A stretch of 62,412 bases of DNA, filler included, from Choristocarpus tenellus KU-1152 (lineage: Eukaryota > Protista > Phaeophyceae): NCBI GenBank assembly GCA_964200185.2. It is 10 parts of 10 records of this genome, joined end to end, with 100 filler letters (N's around TTAATTAATTAA, not from the genome) between each part and the next. Parts side by side here need not be neighbours in the genome. Positions count along the whole stretch, not along the records: positions 10,231 to 30,262 come from CAXNAD020000422.1; 9 more parts are not named here. The stretch is one strand, 5' to 3'. The position numbers and the translations under genes are program-made. Positions within the stretch are counted from its first letter, which is position 1. Each line of letters starts with the position of its first letter. Below the pieces are notes generated by a model. That model did not search any database. It was not told the origin of the DNA and saw only the letters and a list, made by a program, of their open reading frames with translations. Positions 10,445-24,822 of this stretch are shown in pieces.

Positions 10445-13330
10445 GTTTACAACCAGACCGTGTACTCACGTACAAATAACTGATTGGAAATTACCCTCAG
10501 TTTTTGGTTTCAATTATATGCAATTAATCATGGTGTTTGGAATTTACAATACATTGAACCATTTCTTTAAAGAGCTCACAAAGTGCCCTTAGTTAAACCC
10601 TTGGGTTGGGCAGACTCTTATCTGATAGTATATAGCTCTTGCGATTCCAGGCTCTTGACGTATTTGGAGACCACCCAAAAATGGCAATTTGGTGCGAACG
10701 GAGATGATACTCCTCCCAACCTCACCAAGTATTGCAGATTTTTGTTTTTCATTTCACGTTTACCAAAACCCAAGTTCTTTTTCACAGGTGATTGAAACAG
10801 AGAAGGAACTTCTTTTCACCAGGACAATGCACACATCCTATTTTTGTGAACAAAACACTCTAGAGTGGGAGTAAAGTGGAGGGAAATTCCCAAACGGTAG
10901 TAGGTGCATTTGTACACAATCTTCACACTCATCTTGGGTTGGAGAAGTGGACCTATGTGCAGTGCGTGTCAAATGTTCCTCTGGACAGTCAAGTCCTAAC
11001 CCAGTGGATACTTGTGTATTGTAGTGAAAATAAAACAGAACCTTTAGTTTGGAGGAAGTCTTGGATACATCGTAGTGCACTCACTCCCTTCACATAAACT
11101 TTCATATCCAGTGAAACCTGATAACTCAAGAGACTCAATTTCCTCATGTTGGTATCAATGTTCGTCCCACTACACACCCTGCTAGAACCAAACCTGACCA
11201 ATAGGTTTCAATTACGAAAGACTGATGATTTGTAACAATTTAACAAATGCATAATTCTATCTGATACATTATGTAAGCAAAACATTGATATACTCACCTG
11301 CAATCCTCTACAGGTTAGTATGAACTAGTTTTGAACCTGTCGCAGAGGCTAATTACTTAGAAACCTCTCTATACGTCCCACACTCAGGATGGAACAGAGT
11401 AATACCATGCCTTAAGAGTGTTTCAAGTCCCCCTTTGAAAAAACATACGTTCAATATTCAGGGCAACCCTTCAAGTGAGAGAAATGGTTCTGTGGGTCAA
11501 ACCTTGTATCTGGTCTATACAGTTATGAGTCTTGTGTGTGCTTTGGTGCAGTGCAGACATGATGTGTAGTAACTGATGAGGGTATTGGGCTATTCAAAGA
11601 GATGGAAGGGAACTCCACTGAAGGGATGAATAAACCTTGGGCAGCATATAATAGTCCAAAGGTACAAACAAAATGTGTCTACAGGTCTTGGCCCCCTCAG
11701 GTTCCCAAACCTACAGATCTTGAGTACACGAATGGAAGAGAAACAAATTTGATTTTGTTGCCCTGAATGAAGACTTCTTCCCTGTGGACTGAGTTTGAAA
11801 CCACAATAGTAATTAATCATTGCCACCTGGATTTTGGAGCTGTGAATTCTGGATGACAGTAAAAACAAATTTATATGTTCAAATTCCCTTGATAGTATCA
11901 TCAGCACCATTTTAGGGTCCAGTTTTATTTGGCAACTATTAATAGTTCCGCTGTGCAGGAAGATTTTCAAGTCTTACTCTCTGCTCTGCTCAGATCTTTC
12001 ACAAAATACCCAGTCAAATGTTGACTTTAAACAGTTGTCCATATCCATGATTATATTTAACTCCTGCAACTGTCTCACATGAGAAAAAAAAAAGTACCAG
12101 TTGTTATTTTCCTCAGATCCCTTCATCATTTAGTCATATGGGATGGAAAGTGGATTTTACGCCTAAATTTTGATAGGTGTCTTTACTAAAATTTCACAAT
12201 CGAAATGGTATTGAGTTGAGGTTTGGAGAATTGCACAACTAATGGTACAAGTTGTTGTATGCCTATCCGAAACAAGGTAGAGAGCATTGACCAGACAACA
12301 CTTTTTGCTCATCCTCTGTCCTGGATGGGGGATACCTATAAAAAGTAATGTGGATAAACATTGACACCATTTTTTACTCATATTGGGTGCTGGATTGGGG
12401 ATGATGGATGGCATGGATGGGAATGTGTCAAGAGCCACAGTTTTCCATTGTAATGCCTTCTATCAGGTGGAAACATTGAAGAGTCATTGTGGGGTTACTG
12501 ACCAGCAGGAGGTATTTCTGGATACCAATTACTGCTTTTTTCCTTGGGAAAAGGCCAAGCATGGGTGTACTGTTGGTATGGGAGAATAAGAATAACTGTT
12601 TTCCTGGCGACTCTAGTGATTTAATTGTGGAATCTGGGCACTATGTCTTGAATGCATTCTCAGTCATGATTTGAGGGATAACCACCTAAAGCCATACTGC
12701 CTGGTTTCAAGGCATGTCCTATGATATGGGCTATTGAGAAGATTACATGTATCAAAATGGTGTCCAAGGAGGTATATGCGAACTGGTAACCAAACCACAA
12801 CGAAAGTTTGGAATTCTGCCTTTACGGATACAAATTCTCCAACATGAACATTTTATTTGAGAAGGGTTCCAGCAGAAACCAATACTTTGTGTAGCAGAAT
12901 CAACCCTGCTGCTTGTCTGGATGTTGAGACAACACCGTACTACCTGCATAAGTAAGGCATCACCACTCACTGCTCTAGTGGTACATGGTTGTATCTCAAT
13001 ATTGTACAGAACCAGAGACCATATATTCCGTGCACCATTGCCCCCCACTAGGGACCTACTGCTCTGGCTTGAATTGGTTTTTCAACATCTTGACAAAATC
13101 AAAGGCCAGGGTGTTACCTGGGATAATCCGTGGACCATTCCCCACTAGTTGTGTATGCTTTCCCCAAGTGGTCATCTCAACCTTTATGTTCCCATTGAGT
13201 CCATTGCCTGAACCCCCACTAAAATTTACTTATCCTCCATTATTTTAGTTTGGTTCATAGCATCTTAGACGGGGCGAGGGGCTTAGACCAGTTAGTCTAT
13301 TCAGGGCTTGATCTGGTATTGTAAAATACG

Positions 13331-13608
13331 CCAGTTTGATGCTCATTTTGCGGTGATTCTCATTCAGATTTGGTCAAGTGGACAAGAAAGATCTAATCTA
13401 TCGATTTCTAGAAAGGAATTCTTTTGCAAAATTATTTTGGCAAGGTTCATTTTTAACTGAATGTTTTCAGCGCAACCTTGAAAATGTTTCAGAATTATCA
13501 CGGCCAAAGATATTTTTGCGAAAGAATTCCCTTGCGTAAATCGATAGCCTAGATAGATCCAGAACTTTTGTTTGATATGCTGATCATTGATTAACTCGTT
13601 GGTCAGAA
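13331..13608. mobile_element. Family E MITE, degenerate copy
   Basis: Contains caaccttgaaaatgtttc and gatatgctgatcattgattaactcgttggtca, both matching 5838-6135. Confidence 0.7.
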
Positions 13609-13609
13609 T

Positions 13610-15770
13610 AAATGCTTCATTTCACTGTGCACAAATTCCTGGGTATGTAGATAATGAACCACCTTTAATGAACATTACTGTTGATACTGTTACTGACATT
13701 CCAGTAATTTCACTCAGATACATTCAAGCCTACCCACCCTTTGCAAGGCACCCAACCATTCAGGAGAATCCAGCAGGCGCTCTGAATTTAAAAGGAGCAG
13801 GTGGTAGACCTTCATCTGTTCATTGTTTCATTGAATTTACACTACGACTTGGTGACATATTCATGCCGGTCCAAGTGGTTGTCATACCAGACTTGGGAGT
13901 AATTTTTTTTAATTGGATCTCAGCATCATGTCAGCATTTGGGGCAGTCTAGATTGGAAGGAGGAAATGTCGTTTAAAGACAGTGATAAATGCATTCCAGC
14001 AACTCACAAAATAACACCACTTCCCATTGTTCCCCCCCAAGACATGTTTGTCAGACTGAAAATCCATCACTTCATATTTCAATTTCAGGGATCACATCTG
14101 AGTTAACTACACCAGTACATGAAATACAAAAGATATACCTTCCCCCTGGCAAAGAAACTCTTGTCCCAGTTTGTTCTCAGGGACTCAGAGGAACAGCTAC
14201 CAATGCAGTGGTGGAACCTATCATTCATACTGGCACAGACCTTCAGCAAGAGGACGACATACACCATCCACTGGCAACATATTATGGTCAGTCGAACCCT
14301 CACTGTTTGAGAAGAAGATGGAGGATGTTTAGTCAAAATTGCCAAATTATCTCAAAAAGGGGTTAAACTACCAGCGAATTTTGTAGTTGGTCATATCTCC
14401 CCTGTGTCAACCACATATTCCTTTTCAGATGTTACCACAAGTGCAGTTGCAGCCACACCCTCTACTCCTGAAGAACTGAAACAAGCTAGGGATAATTTGA
14501 AGGTTTTTCCTAAGAAGGTATTTGCAAATATGCAACTGATGCTTTCTGAACAAGATGAATTACTAGATATTGTGGCTAAATGCAGACCAGTCTTTTCATT
14601 ATCTGAAAATGAATTAGGTTGTTGCACCGCTACTTCTATTGACTTTCCACTACAACCAGGCAGTAAACCGGTTACTAGACCACCCACCATATTGTGCGGC
14701 ACCAAAAATACAAGGCGTTATTTATCAATATGTAACTCTGATATGGAAAAATAGGGCATTGCAAAACCCTCATCTAGACTATGGGCATGCCCTGTTACCA
14801 TTGTTGCAAAGCCTGATGGATATCCTCAGTTCTGTGTGGACTTTAGAGGAACCACTAACAAATATTTGATAGGTAATTCATGGCCTTTACCATCCATGGA
14901 TGAGTGTTTATCCGCCTTAGGGGTTCAAAATATTTATCTTGTTTAGATATCCAATCAGCCTATTTATTGGCAACTACCGATAACTGAGGAATGTGAATGA
15001 AAAAAAAATGCATTTATCACACCAGATGGGAAATATGAGTTACAGAGGTTACCGTTTGGAGTACAAAACGCGCCGTGGATCTTCCATTGCTTCATGCCTG
15101 AATTTTTTTCCACAATCGGTCCTAGCTCTGGGTTATTGACGATATTGTTTTAGCCTCTCCATCATGGATACACCATTAACAGTTAATCACTTTGATACTG
15201 TCAATGTTACATACTGTAGCGGTTATAATAAAGTCATCCAAGGCTCAATTTGGCTCAAAGCAAGTCCATTATTTGGGACATGATGTTAGTCCACAAGGAA
15301 TAGATATACTACAAGCTCGTATTGAAGCTATTTTAGAAAACGATCTCCCTCAAACTGTGCCAGGCTTAAAATATTTCTTAGTTTCTATGAACTTTGCCAG
15401 GAAGTACATTCCTCATCTAGCAACAGAAGCTTTAGTTGAATTGATTCGCCATACACAAAAGGGAGGTTCAAAAAGAGATCACAACACCCCAAAGAAATTT
15501 TGAAAAGATGAAAGTGATATCTCATCTAGATGGAATCAACCACAGCAAACTGCTTTTGACAAATGCAAACAACTTTAACCATGGCTCCAGTTCTACACTT
15601 CCCAGATTTTTCTAAAGAATTTTTTATACATGTAGATGCCAGCAATGTTGGGACAGGGGTGTTTTTGGCCCATAAAGATGATGGCAATTTTGATGTAATT
15701 GCACATCATAGTGCCTTACTTTCCCCCTCCCAACAAAAATATTCTGTCACATAAAAAGAGTGTACATGTC
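13610..15770 (+). pseudogene. Decayed Ty3/Gypsy pol (protease, RT, RNase H)
   Basis: ITVDT protease-like motif, CRPVFSLSENELGCC, AFITPDGKYELQRLPFGVQNAP, SKAQFGSKQVHYLGHDVSPQGI and LTMAPVLHFPDFSKEFFIHVDASNVGTGVFL. Many stops and frameshifts. Confidence 0.92.
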
Positions 15771-17789
15771 AAAGTTAACTTGTACTCCAGCATATTATTT
15801 GTATGATTCTGTGGTGATGCGGTTCACTCAGGCAAAGTGGTGAAGAGGATCACCGGGCATGATGAACCGGACGAACCAAGATGAACTGTAACCGAGAGGA
15901 TGAGGTTAAGGTTGGACAACTTCAAGACTGCAAGGACTTGCAGAAAGGTTGTGGAGTGATGAGAATCTGATGAGAGGGGGATCATCAGAATATCAAGACA
16001 TGAGAACAAAGAGAGGTCCCTTTTCTGTGGGACTGGTCTCTTGAAGAGATTCCATGGATTCAGTCTCACGAAAGATCCTCCACTGGAATCTGGGATTCCG
16101 GACAAGGAACCTCAATCAGTACGACAGTATATGGCACATGGTAATAACAGTATGATAACAGACAAACTTGCTTTCCACAAGACTCCCCCTTCTGATTGGC
16201 CTTGAAGCCATCCATGTAAACATGATTCGAGGTCAACCAAAAAGTAATCTCTGGAAGTAAAATGGGAAGCAGGTGTGACTGTTTGAATACGATTGCACCA
16301 AAATATTACACAACTCCATTAATACAAAATGAAGCATAATATATAAATGAGGCATTAATGAATATCTAATTAGAATATCACTAGCCAAACGTTGATGGAT
16401 ATGGTCAGTATCATGCATCAAGCTCATAGTCAAGGTCTGAGGGCATGGAATCAGCAATGCGGTTAGCCTGAACACGAGGCGAGAGGTATATGGGTCAGCA
16501 TGTAAGTCTCTTGTATCTTATATAAACAGAGGATACCCAGAATAGGAATACAAGGAGCAAACGCTATATGATATCAACGGACTGTTGACAAGCATCTATG
16601 ATCTGATGTTGTTACACGAGTGTACACGATGATTTTGGTCAACAATCAGATGTGTGAAAATACAAGCGTGTGCATGTGATCAAAAATCAACACAGCAGAT
16701 GACGAGATCTAAATACAATATGTGCACACATTCTCTTTCCTCATATTATGAAAAGATTGGAATATTGCTCAAATCGACTACAATATTCCAAGTGTTTACT
16801 AGGACGTTCGATATTGGTGACTAAACTCTCAAAACAATACAAGGTGACTGTGCATCATGTTGGGGGAAACATGTCACACGAAAAGAAAAAAATGTGACTC
16901 ACCTGAACTCTCTATCACTTACCTAGTGGTAGACTTGAATCTTTGTTTTTGATGGGGTTAGTCATTTCATGATGGCAATAAATATATTTCATGAAAACAA
17001 GACATGATGTAATGAACAGGCACCTCTAGCACACACGAGTGCTAATGTCCCCAGTGATATGGTCTCTTTTCGCCACCACATGTGTCCCACACATTCAAAC
17101 AAGGATAGTTGAGAGATAAAATAACATCCTATTAATTTATCTAAACATCCATCAGCATACATATATAGTCTATTTGCAAGGGATTGATAGACCTTGTAAA
17201 CACATGATGTCAAGTCAGAGTTGGTCGTGAACAGGTTAACTGGGATCTGTTACCAGTTATCTAATATCTTCACAAATGATAGGCTATATATACCCATCTA
17301 TGACAAAATGACATGCAAATGAGTTGTCTAAACTAGATGGTCGACCTATGTAAGGGATTGTGATGTGTGGGTAACACGAGATCTGGGCCAAGACACATGA
17401 GTCATAAAAGGTTAGCAAGGACCTGTACCAGACATACAATAATCCCATTACTTAAACGATAGGTTACACTACGTCAGTAATGCATTATACACAGACTATG
17501 TGAAGGAATATATGGTATCAGAAAATATTATTCTCAAGATTACATTTTGTGGGATGAGAATTTTACTGATTACCCAATCCATTTACTGCACAATAGGCTG
17601 CAATCATTTCACAGTATTGTGGAATCTGTTCTACTCTTTTGTGAAGATAGCAATATTGTCCATAGCCACAGATAGGAAGGCGTTAGATAACGTTTGTGGA
17701 TGAATAACAACCAGGACCAGGCCTACATCCAACAATGCCCTATCATAGTGTACTTACTGACTAATAACAGGCTGAGAGACTTGATGTCT

Positions 17790-19560
17790 ACATTTGGCAA
17801 TGATAAATAACGGTCTTCCCAGAAACAAATTATCCGGTTTGTTCATGTCTGGTGTGGGAGGTTGGAGTTGAGGATAGTAACATTTCATTTTACCCAAATG
17901 AACGGAAAATGGACCTGAATATGACCCTGTACACGATGGGTGATACCTTGAATGTAGTTCATATGGACCCCTCTAATGGTGAAGTACCTTCGGATTCGGA
18001 CCATCAGTACTCCCATTTGACCTATGGTCTACAACTTGACCACCAGGTACGAAAACGGGGAACACGAGACGATGGTTGACACGTTCCTGATTTATAACGT
18101 GTTCATGGAGGTTACAGAGTGTCAACTCAAATGCAAGCTGTAAATTGTCTTGGGTTTCCTGAGTAAACTCTTCAGTAGTGACATCTGAATGAGCATTAGA
18201 TGAACCAAACAGAAGGAAAATGAGGTTTCATGAAACTTTGCACTGAAAGCTGTGTTATGGACTAACTGCAAGGCAATAAAGATGCCCAGTTATCCTCAGC
18301 AACAGAGATATACATTGCTAGTATAGGATGCAATGTAACATATGCTCTCTCTAACACAGAATTTCCTTGGGGATGATACGGTGTGGTTTTGGTTTTCTTG
18401 TAAGCAAAGACAGACTGAAACTCTGCAACAATACTGTTTTCCAATTCAGTTCCTTGATTGGAGTGTAACAACTCGGGTGAGCCGAAAATTGAAAATACAC
18501 ATTCTACCAGTACCACTAAATGAGCCAAAGTTGGCAAAGGCTAGTGACATGATTCTTTGAAATTGCCAGGGAGCACTTGATATCTCAAATGGCATCCTCA
18601 TAAAAACGCATTTGCCTCTGGAAGTGACAACAGCAGTCTTAAAAATATCAGGTTCAGAAACTGGAATTTGCCAATACTCACTCTGAACATCGCAAACGGT
18701 GATGGATTTCGCACCACCCACGATATCAATATGAGACTCCATATCAGCAATTGGCCAAGTCTGTCGAACAATGTTTTTTTTTTAACAATCAAACAGTAGT
18801 CTATGCAGAAACGTGGAGAGTCGTTAGTTTTGACTACAATGTTAACAGGACTGCCCCAAGGGCTGGCACATTCCTTAATGATGCCTTGCTCTTCCATAGT
18901 GTTAACACGCGAAAGTCAATCACTACTTGAGTACCATTTAGTACCAGGGCTTGCTCTGTACAGGTTCCTATCAATGGGCTTAATACCAGGATCTACAGGA
19001 ATTTCTGCTTTAGCTAGAGTACATTTGCCCAGTTCTGCTGCATTCTTCGAATGTACCGGCCCATAACGACAACACAGATCTAAAAGTTGAGACACTTGTG
19101 ACTGATTGAATGTGTCTCTTTGAATGCATTTGTCTTACTGAAAACTTGATGTAACTCCTCTCTAGCTTCACTGAACGAGGCAGAATCAGTATTCAGATCT
19201 CTAACGGTGAAGGATGTCTGATCAGAAATTGGGGTCAAGTGGCCAATGCTTCTTGATATAAACCCTACATATGGTTGGGTTTGCCATTTGAACCAATACT
19301 ATTACGTACCAAGTAATAAGAGTGTGAGCAGCTACAATATGATTCCATGGATGTGTAGGTTGATTGTGTTGATCAACATCAGGCATGGAATGTATAGCTG
19401 GCTCCACTACAACGACGGTATCAAGGGACGGACCATCAGCAGTTTTGCAACATTCAATGTTTGACGATAGTTGTTATGTTGTACTGTTTATGAAAACGAA
19501 TGGGTACAGGGTCAAAATCATGTTGCGTCAAAGACTGCCATGTCAACATTGGCAAGTTAG
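17790..19560 (-). pseudogene. Decayed Ty3/Gypsy pol, with the RT N-half joined directly to the integrase core
   Basis: MEEQGIIKECASPWGSPV...PRFCIDY; YWQIPV...KTAVVT..GK..FMRMPF.ISSAPWQFQR; then FGSPELLHSNQGTE...TTPYHPQGNSVLER. Related to the 13610-15770 family. Confidence 0.92.
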
Positions 19561-19714
19561 AAGGATGGTACATGGAGCACAGTGCCACTGAGTGAAGAGC
19601 AGATACATAACAAATGTCACAATTGATTGAGGCTCAAAAAGAATTGCACAAGAAACTGGTATAGTGGGTTGAGCACAATCGGCAGCGTGAACGTTAAGCT
19701 GCCAGCCATAGAAA

Positions 19715-19920
19715 AATGCTCAAGTTATGTATTAGTGATTTTGTAATAGTGGCTCGTGTAAGTAGGGCTCAAAACCTAAAATGGTGAGCACGTGGATAAG
19801 ACCTTGGCGTGTCATTGGCCAGAGAAGTCACACATCTATAATATCCAGAACATCAATGATCAACTGTGGGAAGTCCATGTACCTACACTGTGGTTCCACC
19901 TACTCTAATTCAGAGGACAC
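19715..19920 (+). pseudogene. Gypsy integrase C-terminal (GPY/F-like) fragment
   Basis: DFVIVARV...KMVSTWIRPWRVI, resembling KLxSxWxGPWRV. Confidence 0.55.
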
Positions 19921-20536
19921 AAGTATGACCCAATCTCACATTTCACCAGTTGCAACTACTCAAGCACACATGAGCTCACAACACTAAGGGCTAGGAGATC
20001 TTGTGAGTCTGAATCCTCGTTCTCATGGACATCACATTCCAACTCAGGGTTTGTGAGTAAATCACAACATATGTCGTCCATGTCACTGACCTCCTCCTCG
20101 CTTTCCAAAGGGAAGCTACTTTCTAAAGATGTAACCCTGCCCTTCTTATTGATATTCAAGATGTTAGGCAACTCCTCTTGATTGGCACTTCCCTCGCAGT
20201 CACTTTCATTTTTTTTGCTCTCCTCCTCGTCCTCATTGCTGCTGCTGTTGCCTACTTGGAGAGAACTCTCAGACTTGAAAGGTTGAACCCTGCCATTCCC
20301 TTCTTGTTCTCTAGCAGGTAACACAATTGTTGATGACTTATCCTTACATCAACATCACTTCCACAACCATCTCCCTTCTTACTACTGTTGTCATATTTCT
20401 TGAAAGAGTGAGAGACTTGGAAGCTTTTAAGCCTCACCATTCCCCTTCTTGTGTGTTCATAGAGGTTTTACACTATTTCTTTTTCATCGCCATTCTCTCA
20501 ACCCTACCTTCATTCCCCTCCTGAACATCATCATCT

Positions 20537-20720
20537 CCACCACTTTCTATCTCCACCTCTACCTTCTACTCCACACCCTCTTGATCTTGAACTCCTAAAT
20601 CGTCGTCATATGCACCCCCATGATATTCCACCACTTTCTATCTCCACCTCTACCTTCTGTTCCTAACCCTCTTGATCTTGACCTCCCAAATCTTCGTCAT
20701 ACACCCCCCCACAATATTCC
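20537..20720. repeat. ~91-bp tandem duplication within an acidic, low-complexity decayed ORF region
   Basis: ccaccactttctatctccacctctaccttct...cttgatcttga at 20537 and 20628. Confidence 0.85.
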
Positions 20721-23700
20721 TTCATGAAGTTGACAAGAACCTCACTGTTTTTATGTTGGACAAGATATGAGGGTTGTGTTTCACAAGTTCAGGATACAGG
20801 TTGGAGCCAAGGGTGTAAAAGATTACAATGTATCGATTGGAATTGGAATGAAGGTTGGTGATTCTGCTTGGGTCATCCCATTCACTTTCTTGAGGAAAAC
20901 TTCCTCCTGATCTACGACCTCATCCTTTTTTCAAGCTCTTTGATAATCTGCAATGCTGCATGCAGACGAAGCACTGCTCCCTGATAGTTGCCAAAATCTG
21001 GAACAGATGAAAGCACATGTTCCTGTTATTGAAATATGGGGTGAAATATTTAGTGATATCATCATTAACGTTTTAGGTGCTATGCCTATGATAGATTTCA
21101 TAACTTCAAGATAGACAAGAATTATTGTCACTCCAACAGTCAGGACGCGAAAGAGTAGGAATGAACGGGAAAAAAAAGCTGGAAATGAGCTCACCTTTAT
21201 CCTTAATAGGTTGGTGAAGCTCATCCATCCTTTTCTTTAGCAGTTCAAAGTGTGCATTTGGATTGCTTATCCAGAAGACAGTGAAGTAGTGTACATGTCA
21301 AAAAAACGAATGCAGACTGCAGAGAGATGAACAGGCAGAAGAGGAGGTACTGTGGACACAAATAAATGGGAAGCCAAAAACAGGAGAATGTGCAAATTGA
21401 ATATTAGATGTTGAGGGGAAAGGATAATAATTACAAGATTGGAAAGGTTATGCATTGATTCAGACAAAACACTGTACTTACTTGTTGCAGCAATGAAGAC
21501 TGATGGAGGGGTGATATGTGCAACTATACCTAATGACATCTAGAGGACAATGATAAGATGTTCGTCCATAAGTAACTCGCTTTGATTGTAGTCTGCCTGT
21601 ATTCTCTCCAAACCTTGAGAAGTACTGTTCGAATTCCAAAGTTTCTGAGGTGTTATCAGATGACAGGGTTGTGGTTTGGTGATTGTCATCAGTCGGTCAT
21701 TGTGCATAGAAGGAAAAATAAATATATAAGAATATTGAAGGCGAGATCTTAGGGAGGAGAGACATGACATGCTCTCACCTTCATTGGCACAGTTGCAGAC
21801 ACAGGTTACAATAGCGTTGAAGAATTCAGTCCTATCTCTCTTCTACTTGAGCTCATCATCTCAAGTAGCGAGGCCTTAGGTCTTGTCAAGAAAAGTCTCG
21901 ATTTTTGTTGGGTTTTTTTTTTACTGTTTTACTGGGAAGTTTTCCCATCATTGTGTGTGAAGTGCCGTAGGTCATACTGATAATGGCACAGTTTGACCAA
22001 CTGCCTGTGTTTCAGGTCTTCTTTGGAGTCGTCATCTTCCCTCTGGATGTATGGATATATCTTGTCCAGCAAAGCCTGTTGGATGGTTCTGAAACATTGC
22101 CCTGACCAACGATATCATTCTGCTCAAGATACCCCCAACACTGACTGGGTGGTACATGACTGGCTGGAAACGACTCCCTCCATTATGGAAAAAAACTGTG
22201 CATTCTTGTTATTCTTTGGATAATCTTCCAGGCATACGTGATGTTCATGACTTTTGTGAAGGACTCCAGGATTTCATGGGCAAAACCTGGTGTGAGGACA
22301 CCTGTTAATTCCCCTGATGTTGAAGGGAGACCTCCTGTTCCTACGTATAGAAAGAATTCTCAGAACTATCGCCTAGTTTTGGCTGTTAAGGCAGTACAGA
22401 AGGTTATCCTCAACTTCAGGATCTTTCAATCTCTCCTTGGGGTCATGAGTCAGAGATCTGGCTATAATGTACTGGTTAAAGATGTAAGCCATGTAGCAGC
22501 TTTCTCTGGCCCTGCTATTGGTCATAGATGCCCTGAAGTAATGAATTCAGTCCACTTTGACTACAATGAGATTTGTTGCCAACTCCATATGATGGAGAGA
22601 ACATGAGGCAATATGTATAAATCCGTAATGTTTCAGATTGTTGGAAATGACCCTACTTTTGGTGAATTGATTAGCGTGGCAAAGGGGTGTAGTTGAGTTG
22701 TTGGATTGTCTGAACTGCCCAAAAACATACGCATAAATTTGGAGGCGGTTGACTGTGTGCGTGGAGTGGTGTATGTGATGAGAGGTTTGAAAACATAGGT
22801 AATGTGCAAGAATCTGTAACATTTCGGATTTTTGCAAATGATCCTTTTTCTGATGACCTTATTTTGTGCCAATGTCGAGAAGTAAAAACGTTCCAAGGTA
22901 TGAACTACAACAGAACATGTTAATCAATAGGTAGGCCCTTTATCATTGTGTGTCGGATCCCTATAAATGGTCTGGGTTTAATGTACTAATATCACCTTGT
23001 GATGGCAGCTGGCACAACATACGATAAGGAGATGATAGCAATGTCTTCTCATACACACACATATAGATGGTGTGCAGTGTGATATCGCTGGTGTTGTTTT
23101 GGATATATAAAACCTCTTTCTCTGCTGCTTCACAAATTAATTTCAACATAGCACTGAGTTTATCCGCTGACATCCATGTTCATATGATGTCTGTTGTCCC
23201 TCCCCATTGTCAATTACGCCAATCAACATGGGGAAGCCGAACTAATGATAAACATCATCAGGTGTCGATGTGTTGCATCATAGTATGTTGCCCTTGTTGG
23301 CAGCACAGTTCAGTATCCTGGTGGTTAGGAGAGAGATATACATTTACTTCTTTTACATCCAGCAAATGTCACACACTAGAGTTGTGTTAAACACGATGAG
23401 AATGGACAAAACTTTGCCTGACATTGTATTGTGACTACAAAGTCACAACTGATGTTATTTTGCATTTGAGATACAAACAACAAATTGTTGGACCTGGTAT
23501 TAAAAAAAATCTTGTCAGAACTACCAAAATAAACCGAAAAAATGTTAATAAAGTATGCATAGATGATATCGAATCCATCCACGCCTTCTCTTTCTTAAAA
23601 TGTTTGAATAATATGTATGTAAATACTTCCCACAACGTGACACATGGGAGAAGGGGGTAGGGGGGATGATTGTGGGTGACTTTCCCCTCCTTCCTCCATT

Positions 23701-24576
23701 GTTACTATATCTGTTCATCTTCACCCACTAACCGAGAGTTAGGCAGGATTGTCTTGTAAGGATGATCCGAAAAAAGGACAGAAGGGTGCCATTTTGTACA
23801 ATTGTGGAAGAGAGTTTTGCTGGCCTTGTGGTGTGACTTTGTATGCCGAAAGGCTGAAACATTCTTTTTAGTGTACACCACTTTTGCGCATTCAAAAGCA
23901 ACAGAAATAGAGTGCATTGAGTCAAACAAATCGAGAGGTATGTAGGCAGGTTTGGACCGTTGTGTATTATTCTAAGACATTTCTTTCCCTGTGCAATATT
24001 CTATTCCTTAGCTTCAGTATGCACAAAAGCCTGTACACAAAATTCATATTTCCCTTTTCCCAATACAATGGGATCCAGCAGGTCAGCAAAGTCTCTTTCT
24101 GCAATTGTAGAAAAAACAGCACAGTTTCTGCTTTCGTTCGATCATCCCCAAATTGCAACCCAGTCTACCTTTCTGCTGGTTTGAATCATTGCACATCAGG
24201 TTAAAAGGAAATATGACTTGGAAAATGGCAAATTGTTCCAAACCTGCCTACCTCTCCATTTCTTTTGCTTCTCATCTCCCCTCTGTACTTATTTCCACAT
24301 CCTACCAATCCATCTTGTTCTTCAGCAAAACACAATAGTACTGAATCGTTGAGTAAGGGATGACTTTCGTCCCACCACATTTCTGATGTGTCTCTTTCCC
24401 AAAAACATCTAATTCGCCCTCCCAAACAGAAATATGCATTATTTATGGTTTTTCCAAATCAGTTATTTATTGCTCGACCTCTTCTGGGCTGCATGTTCTT
24501 CATCCCAGAATATTTCATCCCCCTTCAACACCTAACTGATATGACGCTCCAAAAAATTATAACCAACATTTATAAG

Positions 24577-24822
24577 GAGTCAAAGCATTTAAGAGGGTAT
24601 TACCCTGTTTGTTCAGGTCTTGGTTTCCCACGGTTTTCCATGCCTATTTTCCGTTTTCTGTGTGAACACGGTCACCTAAAACATATACGACTATGAAAGG
24701 TGTGTCTGGAGCAAGGATATTGACACTTGGTCTCAAAAACTATAGCAAAATTCATCAAAATCCCAACATTGGATTTGTGACACAAACGGACACGGCCCCC
24801 CTATCCTCTTAAGCTTGGGGTC
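24577..24822 (-). mobile_element. MITE family B (subfamily B2), full copy, TSD AAG
   Basis: gagtcaaagcatttaagagggta ... cctcttaagcttggggtc. The internal sequence matches the 51537 copy (ccttgctccagacacacctttcatagtcgtata). Confidence 0.85.
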
